DNA of 64,000 nt from Myxococcota bacterium. Its GTDB lineage: Bacteria; Myxococcota_A; SURF-8. The translations under genes were made by a program, and so were the position numbers. The notes beneath the pieces were generated by a model. That model ran no database searches, was not told the origin of the DNA, and saw nothing but the letters and a program-made list of their open reading frames with translations. The stretch spans positions 1,376,001-1,440,000 of the forward strand of contig OZ223209.1 of the NCBI GenBank assembly GCA_965140415.1, read 5' to 3'. Below, piece after piece: positions 55,280 to 64,000 of this stretch. The number at the start of each line of letters is the position of its first letter. Position 1 is the first letter of the stretch.

Positions 55280-56701
55280 ATGTCCGAGCAAGTGACCACT
55301 CGCAAGCCGCGCAGGTTCAAGCGCGCGATTGCGATTTCGATTTTATTGATCCTGCTGATGCTGGTGTTCCCGGCGCTGTATTTCAATGGCGATGCCGCGA
55401 AAATCTGGCGTGCCTTGCGCACCTGGATGCCCGTTGTCGGTCCGATGATATATATCGTCAGTGCGATCATACTGATGGTGGTGATTCAGTTGATTCGTAC
55501 GCATCTGAAAAACAAACGGGAGCAGAAGGAGCAGGCGGAGAAAGTGCGCATGACGCGGGAACTGGACCGGGCCGATCGCGCCGTTCCGTCTGTTTCCAGT
55601 AAACTGGCCGCCGAGCGCAAAGCCGCACGGGAACAACTGGAGGCGCGTGCAAAGGCGGAAGTCGCCGCGCGCTTGCAGGATCCGGTGGAGCCGCGTTTTG
55701 CAAAAGTCACATCCGAACCGAGCCCGGAACGCATTCCGATCGACAGAAACCAGCTGAAAGACGTCTTCGAGCAGGAAATTCAACAGCGTTTCGCCAGCAA
55801 GCCGGAATTCCCGGATTCGTTGCAGTCTGCCGCTCCACCTGTTACGGCTTCTGCTTCTACGGAAACGGAACCGCAGATATGGGACGCTCCCCCGGAGTCC
55901 ATTTTTCAGCGTTCCCAGGGCCAGGAAGAGATCTTGCAGGATCCCATACAGCAGGCACAGCGCGATCTGGCTTCAGGCTTTTTCGCTCGCAGCGAAGTAG
56001 AGGAGCATTCGGCAGAGGATGCGCCGCTTTCGCCCCCCACGATACCGGAGGAACCGGTTGTGGCGGATCAGTCTCCACCGCCGGAAGTGTTGCTACGCGG
56101 CAGCGCAACGGAGGATTCCTCCGGCATAGGAAATGGAATGAACGGAAACGGGCGGCACTTCGAACCGGAAGAACCGGCGGCGTTTTCACGAGAGAGCGAA
56201 GTCGATTGGACCGCTCGCATGGCCAATGCCGCACAGCAGGGCAAGGGTGCTCCGGATGTGACTGCTTCCGATCCGGCGGCGGAAGACAACGATTTTGAGA
56301 ATATGTTCGCCGATGAGGGGTGGAAGGCCCGTTCCGGCAATGGAGCAAGCCCCGGTGCTTCTGATACGGAAACGAATGGCCAGGAAAGCAATTCGACGCA
56401 GCCTCCGCCTCCGCCACAGCCAGAAACAGCCACGCCCCCGATGCCCTTTACCGATCAGGAGCGGCAACGCCTGGAATGGGCGCTGACGACTTTGGGTATT
56501 ACCGATGAAGATGTGGAGATGGTCGATCTTACCCGAGACGATATCAATCGATTCTACCGTTTACGCGCCTTATTGTACCACCCCGACAAGCATTCCATTC
56601 CTACCGAAAAAAGCAAGAACTGGGCCGAGCAGAAAATGCGCGAATTGAACGAAGCCAGAAAATTGTTATTCACCCTTGTAGGTGATGAAGCCAGAGGGTA
56701 G
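55280..56701 (+). CDS. Membrane protein with long low-complexity linker and C-terminal J-domain
   Basis: Two N-terminal TM helices; C-terminal LGI...YRLRALLYHPDK...MRELNEA. Confidence 0.8.
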   Translation: MSEQVTTRKPRRFKRAIAISILLILLMLVFPALYFNGDAAKIWRALRTWMPVVGPMIYIVSAIILMVVIQLIRTHLKNKREQKEQAEKVRMTRELDRADRAVPSVSSKLAAERKAAREQLEARAKAEVAARLQDPVEPRFAKVTSEPSPERIPIDRNQLKDVFEQEIQQRFASKPEFPDSLQSAAPPVTASASTETEPQIWDAPPESIFQRSQGQEEILQDPIQQAQRDLASGFFARSEVEEHSAEDAPLSPPTIPEEPVVADQSPPPEVLLRGSATEDSSGIGNGMNGNGRHFEPEEPAAFSRESEVDWTARMANAAQQGKGAPDVTASDPAAEDNDFENMFADEGWKARSGNGASPGASDTETNGQESNSTQPPPPPQPETATPPMPFTDQERQRLEWALTTLGITDEDVEMVDLTRDDINRFYRLRALLYHPDKHSIPTEKSKNWAEQKMRELNEARKLLFTLVGDEARG

Positions 56702-57124
56702 AATGGCAGAGTAGAGGTGATGTTTTTTCGCATTCGCCCGGTCTTTGTCAATGTGAATGGGAGCACATCCGTTCCGAGCGATTGAAGAGCGACAATCGCT
56801 CCGTTCATTGCGAGAGAAGTTGTGGCTTATTGTTAGCGATGGTGTTTTTCGGCGGGTTTACGCTCCGCCGCTGCGGCAATCATCAAAACTCTGTTGCTAA
56901 TGATCAAGAGCTGCTGTTCTTAGAAAACATTGTAAAATCGGTGTGTTAGCTTGATGGAAGGAGTGTTAGTGAATCCTAATTATGGTATAATTAAATAAAG
57001 TTTGATAAAAAATTGCAAAAATATCTTGAATTTATTTTGCAAGTAGGTAAAATATACCCAGTAGCTAATGCTTTTCTTGTGAAACGCAACCAAGCTTTTT
57101 CCGAATGAGCGGTGGAGGTGTCCA

Positions 57125-57841
57125 ATGGCCGGAAACGTAAACGATCTCGCAATCGGAAGATTATTGGAGATCAACAGGGCTCGCAAGCAGGAAACACAAG
57201 ACGATCCTTTCGAGCGCGCCCCGTTGAACGTGGGAATGGAGATGTATATCGATACCAAAATCGGTTTTTCTCCGAATAAGCCCATGAAATCTCTGCTGGT
57301 CGGATACATGAAAAACCAGTATCTGATTGTCACCACGCCGCGCATCGAGGGTCTTTCCGCCAAATATGCGGATTCCTCCAATATCGTGGTTCGCTACATT
57401 TCGCGCCGCAGCGTTTATTCTTTCCGTACGCAGGCGCTACGCACCATGGGACCGCCGTTCCACCTGACGTTTTTGCAATTCCCCGAAAAGGTAGAGGAAA
57501 CCGCCTTGCGCGCCAGTCCGCGTTTGCAGGTCGGTATTCCTTTCGGTCGCAGCGATGTCGAACCGAACCGGGAATTCATCATGAATCTGTCGTCGACCGG
57601 AGCGCTGTTGAAAATGGCTCAGCAGGTACCGATGGACTCCACTCTGATCGTCAGTTTCCACCTGCCCAACGGCCAGTTGCTGGAAAACGTGCCTTGCATG
57701 GTCAAACGTGTCGAGGCCAGTGGCAATGGTGTGTTAGCCGGTGTCATGTTCGATCCGAAGTATCCGCGCATTCGCCTGATCAGCGACTATGTGCGCTTCG
57801 TGCTGGAGGGCATCAGTTCGGAGACTTCGCTGGTGCGCTAA
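57125..57841 (+). CDS. PilZ-domain c-di-GMP effector (YcgR/flagellar-brake-like)
   Basis: RASPR (RxxxR) and NLSSTG (D/NxSxxG) after a PilZN-like N-domain. Confidence 0.85.
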   Translation: MAGNVNDLAIGRLLEINRARKQETQDDPFERAPLNVGMEMYIDTKIGFSPNKPMKSLLVGYMKNQYLIVTTPRIEGLSAKYADSSNIVVRYISRRSVYSFRTQALRTMGPPFHLTFLQFPEKVEETALRASPRLQVGIPFGRSDVEPNREFIMNLSSTGALLKMAQQVPMDSTLIVSFHLPNGQLLENVPCMVKRVEASGNGVLAGVMFDPKYPRIRLISDYVRFVLEGISSETSLVR

Positions 57842-57870
57842 GAATCCTCATAGGGTTTTACGAGACACAA

Positions 57871-57898
57871 AAAATCCCGCCACGTTCGGCGGGATTTT
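57871..57898. terminator. Bidirectional rho-independent terminator
   Basis: aaaatcccgcc-acgttc-ggcgggatttt between convergent PilZ and aspS genes. Confidence 0.85.
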
Positions 57899-57923
57899 GC
57901 TTATAGGGCATGTTCGATTTTCT

Positions 57924-59729
57924 TTATTCTTCCTTCGCTTTTTCTTCCTTGGGTGCCAGTTGCAGGCCCAACTCTTTTAATTGTCCCAGATCCACTTCGG
58001 AGGGGGCCTCGGTCATCAGGCAGTTACCCTGGGTGGTCTTCGGGAAGGCAATGACGTCGCGAATGGAGTTGGTGCCGGCCAGCAGCATGATCAGGCGATC
58101 CATACCGAAGGCGATGCCGCCGTGCGGTGGAGCGCCGAATTGCAGGGCGTCAAGCAGGAAGCCGAACTTGATGCGGGCTTCTTCTTCGCTGATTCCCAGG
58201 GCGGTGAACACCTGCTTCTGGATGTCGGCGCGATGAATACGGATCGAGCCGCCGCCGACTTCCAGACCGTTGAGCACCATGTCATAGGCGCGCGCACGCA
58301 CCGCCCCCGGATCGCTTTGCAACTTGTCCAGGTCTTCCGGTTTCGGATGCGTGAAGGGATGGTGGGTGCTGACCCAGCGGTTTTCCTCTTCACTGTAGTC
58401 GAACAGCGGGAAATCCGTAACCCACAGGAAATTCCACAGCGATTCGTCGATCAGGCCCATGGTTTTGCCGGCGTGCAGGCGCAGATGAGCCAAGGAGTCG
58501 TTGGTGACTTTAGCGCTATCGGCGACAAAGAACAGCACCGACTCCGGCTGTGCGCCGACGCGCTCGTTGACTTTGGCGACCAGTTCGGGATCGAAGAACT
58601 TGCCGATGCCGCCCTGCCAGCCGTCCGCAGTGACGCGCGTCCAGGCCAGTCCTTTTGCGCCATACACCTTGACTACCGCCTGGAAGTCTTTTTCGATGAA
58701 GCTGCGGGACAGTTTCTTGTCCGGATCGGCTACGCATAAGCCCTTGACGAGCCCGCCGTTGCTGATCGTATTCGAGAAGACTTTGAAGCCGCAGTCTGCA
58801 AACAGGTCGTTAAAACCATACAGTTTACAGTCGAAGCGCGTATCGGGACGGTCGATGCCGTAGCTTTCGATGGCTTGCTTGTAGTCCAGGCGCGGGAAGG
58901 GACGCGGCAGGTCGATTCCCTTGGTTTCTTTCCAGATGGCGGCGACCAGTCCCTCGAAGATGTCGTAAATGGTTTCTTCGGTCGGGAAAGACAGTTCGCA
59001 GTCGATCTGGGTGAATTCCGGTTGCCGGTCGTTGCGCATGTCTTCGTCGCGGAAGCAGCGCACGATCTGGAAATAGCGGTCGAAACCGGCAACTTGCAGA
59101 ATCTGCTTGAAAAGCTGCGGCGACTGCGGCAGCGCGTAGAAGTCGCCTTTATGAATGCGGCTGGGCACCAGAAAGTCGCGCGCGCCTTCCGGCGTGCTTT
59201 TCGTCAGATACGGCGTTTCGATTTCCAGGAAATTCTGTTCGCTTAAATAGCGTCGCGTGATCTGGTTGACCTGGTGGCGAAGCAGCATGATGTCCTGTAG
59301 GGGTTTACGGCGCAAGTCGAGGTAGCGATACTTCAGCCGCGTGACCTCGGTGGCGTCGGTTTCGTCTTCGATCTGCAACGGCAAAGGTTCGGATCGAGCC
59401 AGAACTTCGAAACGCTGCGCCTTGATTTCGATTTCACCGGTAGCCAGACGGGTATTGATGTTGCCGCCGCGTCCGATGACTTCGCCCTGCACCGCCAGCA
59501 CGAACTCATCGCGGATGGCGTTGGCGCCGGTGACGTCCTGACCCAGATCGTTGTAATCGAATACCACCTGCGTAAAACCGTAACGGTCGCGCAGATCGAT
59601 GAAAAGGCAGCCGCCGTGATCGCGCCAGGATTTCACCCAGCCTTTGAGCACGACCTGCTCGCCTATATGTTCTTTTCTCAATTCTCCGCAAGTATGGGTG
59701 CGGGCCACTGTTTCCAGGCTCGTCGTCAT
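57924..59729 (-). CDS. aspS: Aspartate-tRNA ligase (probably non-discriminating)
   Basis: RTHTCG, RDHGG, LKYRYLDLR, STPEGARDF, LPQSPQLFKQ, FRDED, HHPFT, PPHGGIAFG; His in RDHGG suggests the non-discriminating type. Confidence 0.98.
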   Translation of the reverse strand: MTTSLETVARTHTCGELRKEHIGEQVVLKGWVKSWRDHGGCLFIDLRDRYGFTQVVFDYNDLGQDVTGANAIRDEFVLAVQGEVIGRGGNINTRLATGEIEIKAQRFEVLARSEPLPLQIEDETDATEVTRLKYRYLDLRRKPLQDIMLLRHQVNQITRRYLSEQNFLEIETPYLTKSTPEGARDFLVPSRIHKGDFYALPQSPQLFKQILQVAGFDRYFQIVRCFRDEDMRNDRQPEFTQIDCELSFPTEETIYDIFEGLVAAIWKETKGIDLPRPFPRLDYKQAIESYGIDRPDTRFDCKLYGFNDLFADCGFKVFSNTISNGGLVKGLCVADPDKKLSRSFIEKDFQAVVKVYGAKGLAWTRVTADGWQGGIGKFFDPELVAKVNERVGAQPESVLFFVADSAKVTNDSLAHLRLHAGKTMGLIDESLWNFLWVTDFPLFDYSEEENRWVSTHHPFTHPKPEDLDKLQSDPGAVRARAYDMVLNGLEVGGGSIRIHRADIQKQVFTALGISEEEARIKFGFLLDALQFGAPPHGGIAFGMDRLIMLLAGTNSIRDVIAFPKTTQGNCLMTEAPSEVDLGQLKELGLQLAPKEEKAKEE

Positions 59730-59925
59730 CCGGTCCTCCTTCTTCTTCTGATGCCTGAGCGATCGAACCGCTTAAGGGGGGGATTATGTCGGTTGCGCGT
59801 AACGGAGTCAAGCTTTGTTCGGTGAACCTAAGGATTTTCCTTGCAAAGCCCCCCGTTCAGGCTAACATGGTATTGACGTCCCGAGGACGCTTAGGGTAGT
59901 TCGAAAAAATGGAATCGGCAGGGGA

Positions 59926-60669
59926 ATGTTTCGACAATTGCTGGCTTTTATTGCGTTTGTAGTGATCCGGCTCTGGTGCCTGACGCTGCGATATCGCTTC
60001 ATTGATGGTCATCATAGCTTGTTGAAAGTTCAGGACGGCTACTCGGTTCTGTATGCCTTCTGGCATGGCAAGCAGTTGATGTTGTTCGGTTATCCCGGTC
60101 CCCGTCCGATGGTGCAGATGGTTTCGCTGTCCAAAGACGGCGATTTGCAGAAAGCGATTCTTGGGTGGTTCGGTTTTTCCGTGGTGCGCGGTTCACCGAA
60201 AAAGCGTGGTGAACAGGCGCTGTACGAAATGACGGAACAGGTGCTGCAAGGCTATCACGGCGCGTTGGCGGTGGATGGCTCGCGTGGTCCGGTGTGCCAG
60301 GTCAAACCGGGAATCGTGCATGTCGCGCGCGACACCGGAGCGGTCATCATTCCCATTGCTGCTGCGGCGCGTTACCGGACGGTGCTTAAAAGCACCTGGG
60401 ATCAGTACGAAATTCCCTGGCTTTTCTCTCCCACGGTGATTGTGGAAGGCCAGCCTATCGAAGTCGATCAGGAAATCGACGACGACGAATTGGAGCGTAT
60501 CCGCAAGCAACTGGAGTTGCGCTTGCGCATGTTGAATCTGAAGGCCGAAGAAATGGTGCGGCCTGAAAAGCAGAAGTCAGCGGATGATGAGCAGAACGTG
60601 GACGCGAAGGGCGATGACGAGTCTGAAGACCGCAGCAGCGACCGGGCAGAGAAAGATGTAAGGCCATGA
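59926..60669 (+). CDS. DUF374 lysophospholipid acyltransferase family protein (LpxJ-like)
   Basis: FWHG, S.SKDGD, VRGS, VDG.RGP, WD...IP..FS. Confidence 0.85.
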   Translation: MFRQLLAFIAFVVIRLWCLTLRYRFIDGHHSLLKVQDGYSVLYAFWHGKQLMLFGYPGPRPMVQMVSLSKDGDLQKAILGWFGFSVVRGSPKKRGEQALYEMTEQVLQGYHGALAVDGSRGPVCQVKPGIVHVARDTGAVIIPIAAAARYRTVLKSTWDQYEIPWLFSPTVIVEGQPIEVDQEIDDDELERIRKQLELRLRMLNLKAEEMVRPEKQKSADDEQNVDAKGDDESEDRSSDRAEKDVRP

Positions 60670-61943
60670 AACGCATGTACAAATGGTTCAGTTCAGCAAG
60701 CGCTTTGCCGGTCGCGTTGTATTCGTTGTCCAAATCGGATTTGCGCGCGGGTGTGCTGCGGCGCTACTGGCCGGAAAAGATCAATACCGAGGTCGAGGCT
60801 TCCGGGGCCAATCGTTTGTGGGTGCAGGCAGCCAGCGCCGGGGAAGTGCAGCTGGCGAATCTCTTTGCTACGCATTACATGCAGCACCATCCCGATGCCG
60901 AATTGCTGCTGACCTGCAATACATCATCCGGTGTGAAAGTTGCCGGAAACGGACCCTGGCAGCACGTGCGGCGCTTTCCGTTCGATGCGCATCCGAGCCT
61001 GCTTCGACTCTTCGAGCAGTTCAAGCCGACCGGTATCGTAACGGTCGAAATGGAATTGTGGCCGGGTCTGCTTCAGATCGCGCGGGAGCGGCGGGTGCCG
61101 GTAAGCGTGATCAATGCCCGCATGGCCGAATCGAGTGTGGCTCGGTACCGCTCGTTGAATGAGAAATTCGATGGTTTGTTTGCCTATCCGCTGTATCTGA
61201 CTCGCCAGGATGCCGACATGGAAAATCTGGCTGCCGTAGGCGTACCGCTGGAGCAGTTGTTGATCACCGGTGAAATGAAAGTGGATATGACGGTCGAGCG
61301 CTTTGTGACAAGCGAAAACAAGCAACCAAGGGAAGCGATCAAGCGCGAGTTTTTATTGGGAGTCAGTACGCATCGAGGCGAAGAGCAGATTTTACTGGAT
61401 GCGTTTTCTCAACTGAAGCCGCATTTTCCCGAATTGCGCCTGCTGCTTGCGCCTCGACATCAGCGCCGGGCGGCGCACGTCATGCAGTTGGCGATGAAAG
61501 CCGGGTTCACCTGCGCCAGGCTCAGCCGTTCGGATATTCAGGATCAGGATTGGACCGACGTGCTGATCGAGGATCGCTTTGGCTATATGGAATACTGGTT
61601 TTCTCGGGCGATCATTGCCTTTGTGGGCGGATCGCTGGTGCAGTCGGGCGGGCACAACGTGCTTGAGCCATTGTTTTTCCTTACTCCGGTGTTAACCGGT
61701 CCGCATGTGGCCAACTGGGAACATTGGGTCAAATTGTTGGATGATTCCGGCGCGTTGTCCATGGTGGAAAATGCTACCGATATTGCAAGAATTACCGGAA
61801 TCGTGATAGAAGAAGAGAAGGAGTTGTTGCCGATGCTGGTGTCTGCCAAAATGAGGGTGGAACAGCAACTGGGAGCAACCGATCGCAACGTGGATCTCGT
61901 ATCCCGACTGCTGCAAGGAGCGTCGCCTGGTGGCCCTAACTGA
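60666..61943 (+). CDS. waaA: 3-deoxy-D-manno-octulosonate (Kdo) transferase
   Basis: AASAGE, EMELWP, NARM, STHRGEE, APRH..R, FVGGSL..GGHNVLEP. Confidence 0.92.
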   Translation: MKRMYKWFSSASALPVALYSLSKSDLRAGVLRRYWPEKINTEVEASGANRLWVQAASAGEVQLANLFATHYMQHHPDAELLLTCNTSSGVKVAGNGPWQHVRRFPFDAHPSLLRLFEQFKPTGIVTVEMELWPGLLQIARERRVPVSVINARMAESSVARYRSLNEKFDGLFAYPLYLTRQDADMENLAAVGVPLEQLLITGEMKVDMTVERFVTSENKQPREAIKREFLLGVSTHRGEEQILLDAFSQLKPHFPELRLLLAPRHQRRAAHVMQLAMKAGFTCARLSRSDIQDQDWTDVLIEDRFGYMEYWFSRAIIAFVGGSLVQSGGHNVLEPLFFLTPVLTGPHVANWEHWVKLLDDSGALSMVENATDIARITGIVIEEEKELLPMLVSAKMRVEQQLGATDRNVDLVSRLLQGASPGGPN

Positions 61944-62991
61944 CGACAAATGGTACAAGGGATTGCTGGAACCGCTGGCGGCAATATACCGCAGTGCGGC
62001 CAGTGCGCGGCGGCAGTCCTACGAAATGGGCAAGCGGCCTCAGCATAAGCTTCCCCGCCCGGTGATCAGTGTCGGCAATCTGACTGTCGGTGGCACCGGA
62101 AAAACACCGTTGACGCTATATCTCTGCGAAAAATTCTCTGGCTGGTGCAATGTTGCGATACTGAGTCGCGGGTACGGGCGCAAGGGAAAACGTTCCTATG
62201 CGCGTGTGCCGGACGTGCGCCTGCTCGATGAACGGGCGGCTCTCTTTTTTGGAGATGAACCGGTGATGCTGGCGCGTCGTGCGCCCAATGCCTCGGTGCA
62301 TGTCGGCCCTTCCCGCTACAACTCCGGATTGAATGCCCTGGCGGCCACGGCGGTCGATCTGTTCGTATTGGACGACGGCTTCCAGCATATCGAACTGCAC
62401 CGCGACCTGGATATCGTGGTATTGGATGGCGAGGACGATCCGCGTAGCCTGTCACCGTTGCCTGCGGGACCGTTGCGCGAGCCGGTAGAGGCGATCGGAC
62501 GGGCGGATATTGTGGTGATCAACCACTGCGATCCCGACGGCAAACACGCCATCGACATGTACTGGCTGCGCAGCCAGTGTCCGACTGCCCCGATTGTACT
62601 GAGTAATTACAAATTCGATGACTATGTCGAATTGAAGAGCCAGGTGCATTTGGAACAGGAGGAAATCGAGCCGCATCCGCTGTTCGCTTTTTGCGGAATC
62701 GGCAAGCCGGATGTTTTCCTGAAGCAGTTGAAGGGACAGAAACTTAATGTGGTCGGGCACCGCTTTTTTGCCGATCACCACGTCTTTTCAGGTCGTGAAC
62801 TGAAGCAGATCGAGCAGGAGGCCATTTCCGTCGGTGCGGCGGGATTGATTACGACCGAAAAGGACGCCATGCGGATAGCGACTTCCAAAATTCGCGGTCT
62901 GCCGATTTACACCATGTCGGTTTCATTGAATATCCTCCAAGGCGAAGAAGCGATGTGGGAGCGCATCGGAGAGGTGTTGCATGTCGGCTAG
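61930..62991 (+). CDS. lpxK: Tetraacyldisaccharide 4'-kinase
   Basis: VISVGNLTVGGTGKTP, SRGYG, GDEP, LDDGFQH, GPLRE, DHH, TTEKD. Confidence 0.96.
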   Translation: MALTDDKWYKGLLEPLAAIYRSAASARRQSYEMGKRPQHKLPRPVISVGNLTVGGTGKTPLTLYLCEKFSGWCNVAILSRGYGRKGKRSYARVPDVRLLDERAALFFGDEPVMLARRAPNASVHVGPSRYNSGLNALAATAVDLFVLDDGFQHIELHRDLDIVVLDGEDDPRSLSPLPAGPLREPVEAIGRADIVVINHCDPDGKHAIDMYWLRSQCPTAPIVLSNYKFDDYVELKSQVHLEQEEIEPHPLFAFCGIGKPDVFLKQLKGQKLNVVGHRFFADHHVFSGRELKQIEQEAISVGAAGLITTEKDAMRIATSKIRGLPIYTMSVSLNILQGEEAMWERIGEVLHVG

Positions 62992-63880
62992 GCCGATTTT
63001 CCGCTTGCTTCTTGCCTTCTTTCGCATCCTTCCCGAATCGTTGGCCCTGTTTCTTGGCAGACTATTGGGCTATTTCTGGTATTACATCGTTCCAATTCGG
63101 CGCACGGTGGTGCAAGAGCAACTACGCCGTGCACTGGGGACAGAGCGCCCACCGGATGAATTGCGGCACATCGCTCGCGGAGTCTTCGTCAACCTGACAA
63201 TGAATCTTGTCGAATTCCTGCGCCTGAACCCGGAGCAGCCGGAACGCATTCTGCAAAAAGTGAGCAGACAGGCAATGGAGCGTTTCGAGGCTGCTGCCGC
63301 CAAAGGCAAGGGCGTATTGGTGCTGACGGCACATTTTGGCAACTGGGACTTGCTCTGCTGTTCGCAGTCGCTGGCGGGACATCCGATCACGATTCTGTCC
63401 AAGCAGATCAAGCCGGACTGGCTAAACGAGTATTGGATGTCTACCCGTTCCCGTTGCGGGGTGCGAATCCTGCCCACGCGTCACGTCCGTACGGAATTAT
63501 TGCAGCGATTGACCGATGATCAGGTGATCGGGTTCGTCATCGATCAGCACATGCCGGAAAAGCGCGGTATCGCAAGCGAATTCTTTGGGCGACCGGCTTC
63601 TACGACTCCCGGATTGGCGGAGTTGTCCCTGGACAGCGGAGCGCCTGTCGTCCCGATTTTCATTGAACGGTTGGAAAACGGACGCCACCGGATGTGGGTT
63701 GAGGAAGCGATTGAACCTATTTTGGATGCTGAGCGCAGTGAATGCGTGCAGCGCTTGACCGACCGCTATAATCAGGTGCTCGAAGAGGTGGTGCGTCAAC
63801 GTCCCGATCACTGGCTCTGGCTGCATCGCCGATGGAAAATTGCCCAGAAATCCGAGCCGCAGACTAAAAAAAGGGGATAG
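62981..63880 (+). CDS. lpxL: Lipid A secondary acyltransferase (LpxL/HtrB family)
   Basis: AHFGNWD, DQ, FFGRPA, P..WLWLHRRWK. Confidence 0.88.
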   Translation: MSARPIFRLLLAFFRILPESLALFLGRLLGYFWYYIVPIRRTVVQEQLRRALGTERPPDELRHIARGVFVNLTMNLVEFLRLNPEQPERILQKVSRQAMERFEAAAAKGKGVLVLTAHFGNWDLLCCSQSLAGHPITILSKQIKPDWLNEYWMSTRSRCGVRILPTRHVRTELLQRLTDDQVIGFVIDQHMPEKRGIASEFFGRPASTTPGLAELSLDSGAPVVPIFIERLENGRHRMWVEEAIEPILDAERSECVQRLTDRYNQVLEEVVRQRPDHWLWLHRRWKIAQKSEPQTKKRG

Positions 63881-64000
63881 ATTCTTAATCATTTTTTGCG
63901 ACATGTATTGTTTAAATTTCTGTAGCGGCGAGGCGTCAGCCCGCCGACGTGTGGCATGGGCCAAGCGGAGAGAAACGAAGCTTGCCCATGTGGCCCTTGA

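Noticed and set aside
56980-57124. c-di-GMP (GEMM) riboswitch before the PilZ gene
   Set aside because: Consensus elements of the GEMM motif were not found.

Overview
Bacterial chromosomal window from a Gram-negative, probably Deltaproteobacteria/Myxococcota-like organism (inferred from MYXO-CTERM-like tails, lipid A genes and LVIVD/Cys-rich surface proteins). Housekeeping genes include wecB, nadA, mlaE/F/D, rlmD, prmA, an M16 peptidase, aspS, waaA, lpxK and lpxL. Five accessory elements stand out. (1) A ~17 kb all-minus-strand block (19240-36378) sits between mlaEF and mlaD. It is centred on a divergent glycyl-radical enzyme (KVGGYS Gly loop, GCVE Cys loop, N-terminal insertion) and its activase, surrounded by lipid-handling genes: TetR, a double-SDR fusion, an acetoacetate-decarboxylase-family protein, an acyl-CoA dehydrogenase lacking the usual catalytic Glu, TauE, an FAD oxidase, SCP2, a lipase-like lipoprotein and hydrolases. 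This is the best candidate for an undescribed anaerobic lipid-catabolic system. (2) An hmu/btuS-like operon: TonB receptor, exported CobN-like protein, MotA/ExbB and DUF2149. (3) A set of exported proteins sharing acidic DGD motifs, including one made almost entirely of DGDTP(T/I/A) repeats. (4) An IS200 element plus an AAA_21/RloB (AbiL-like) pair next to a 51-bp direct repeat. (5) Small palindromic REP-like repeats. All calls come from reading motifs by eye; no database searches were run.
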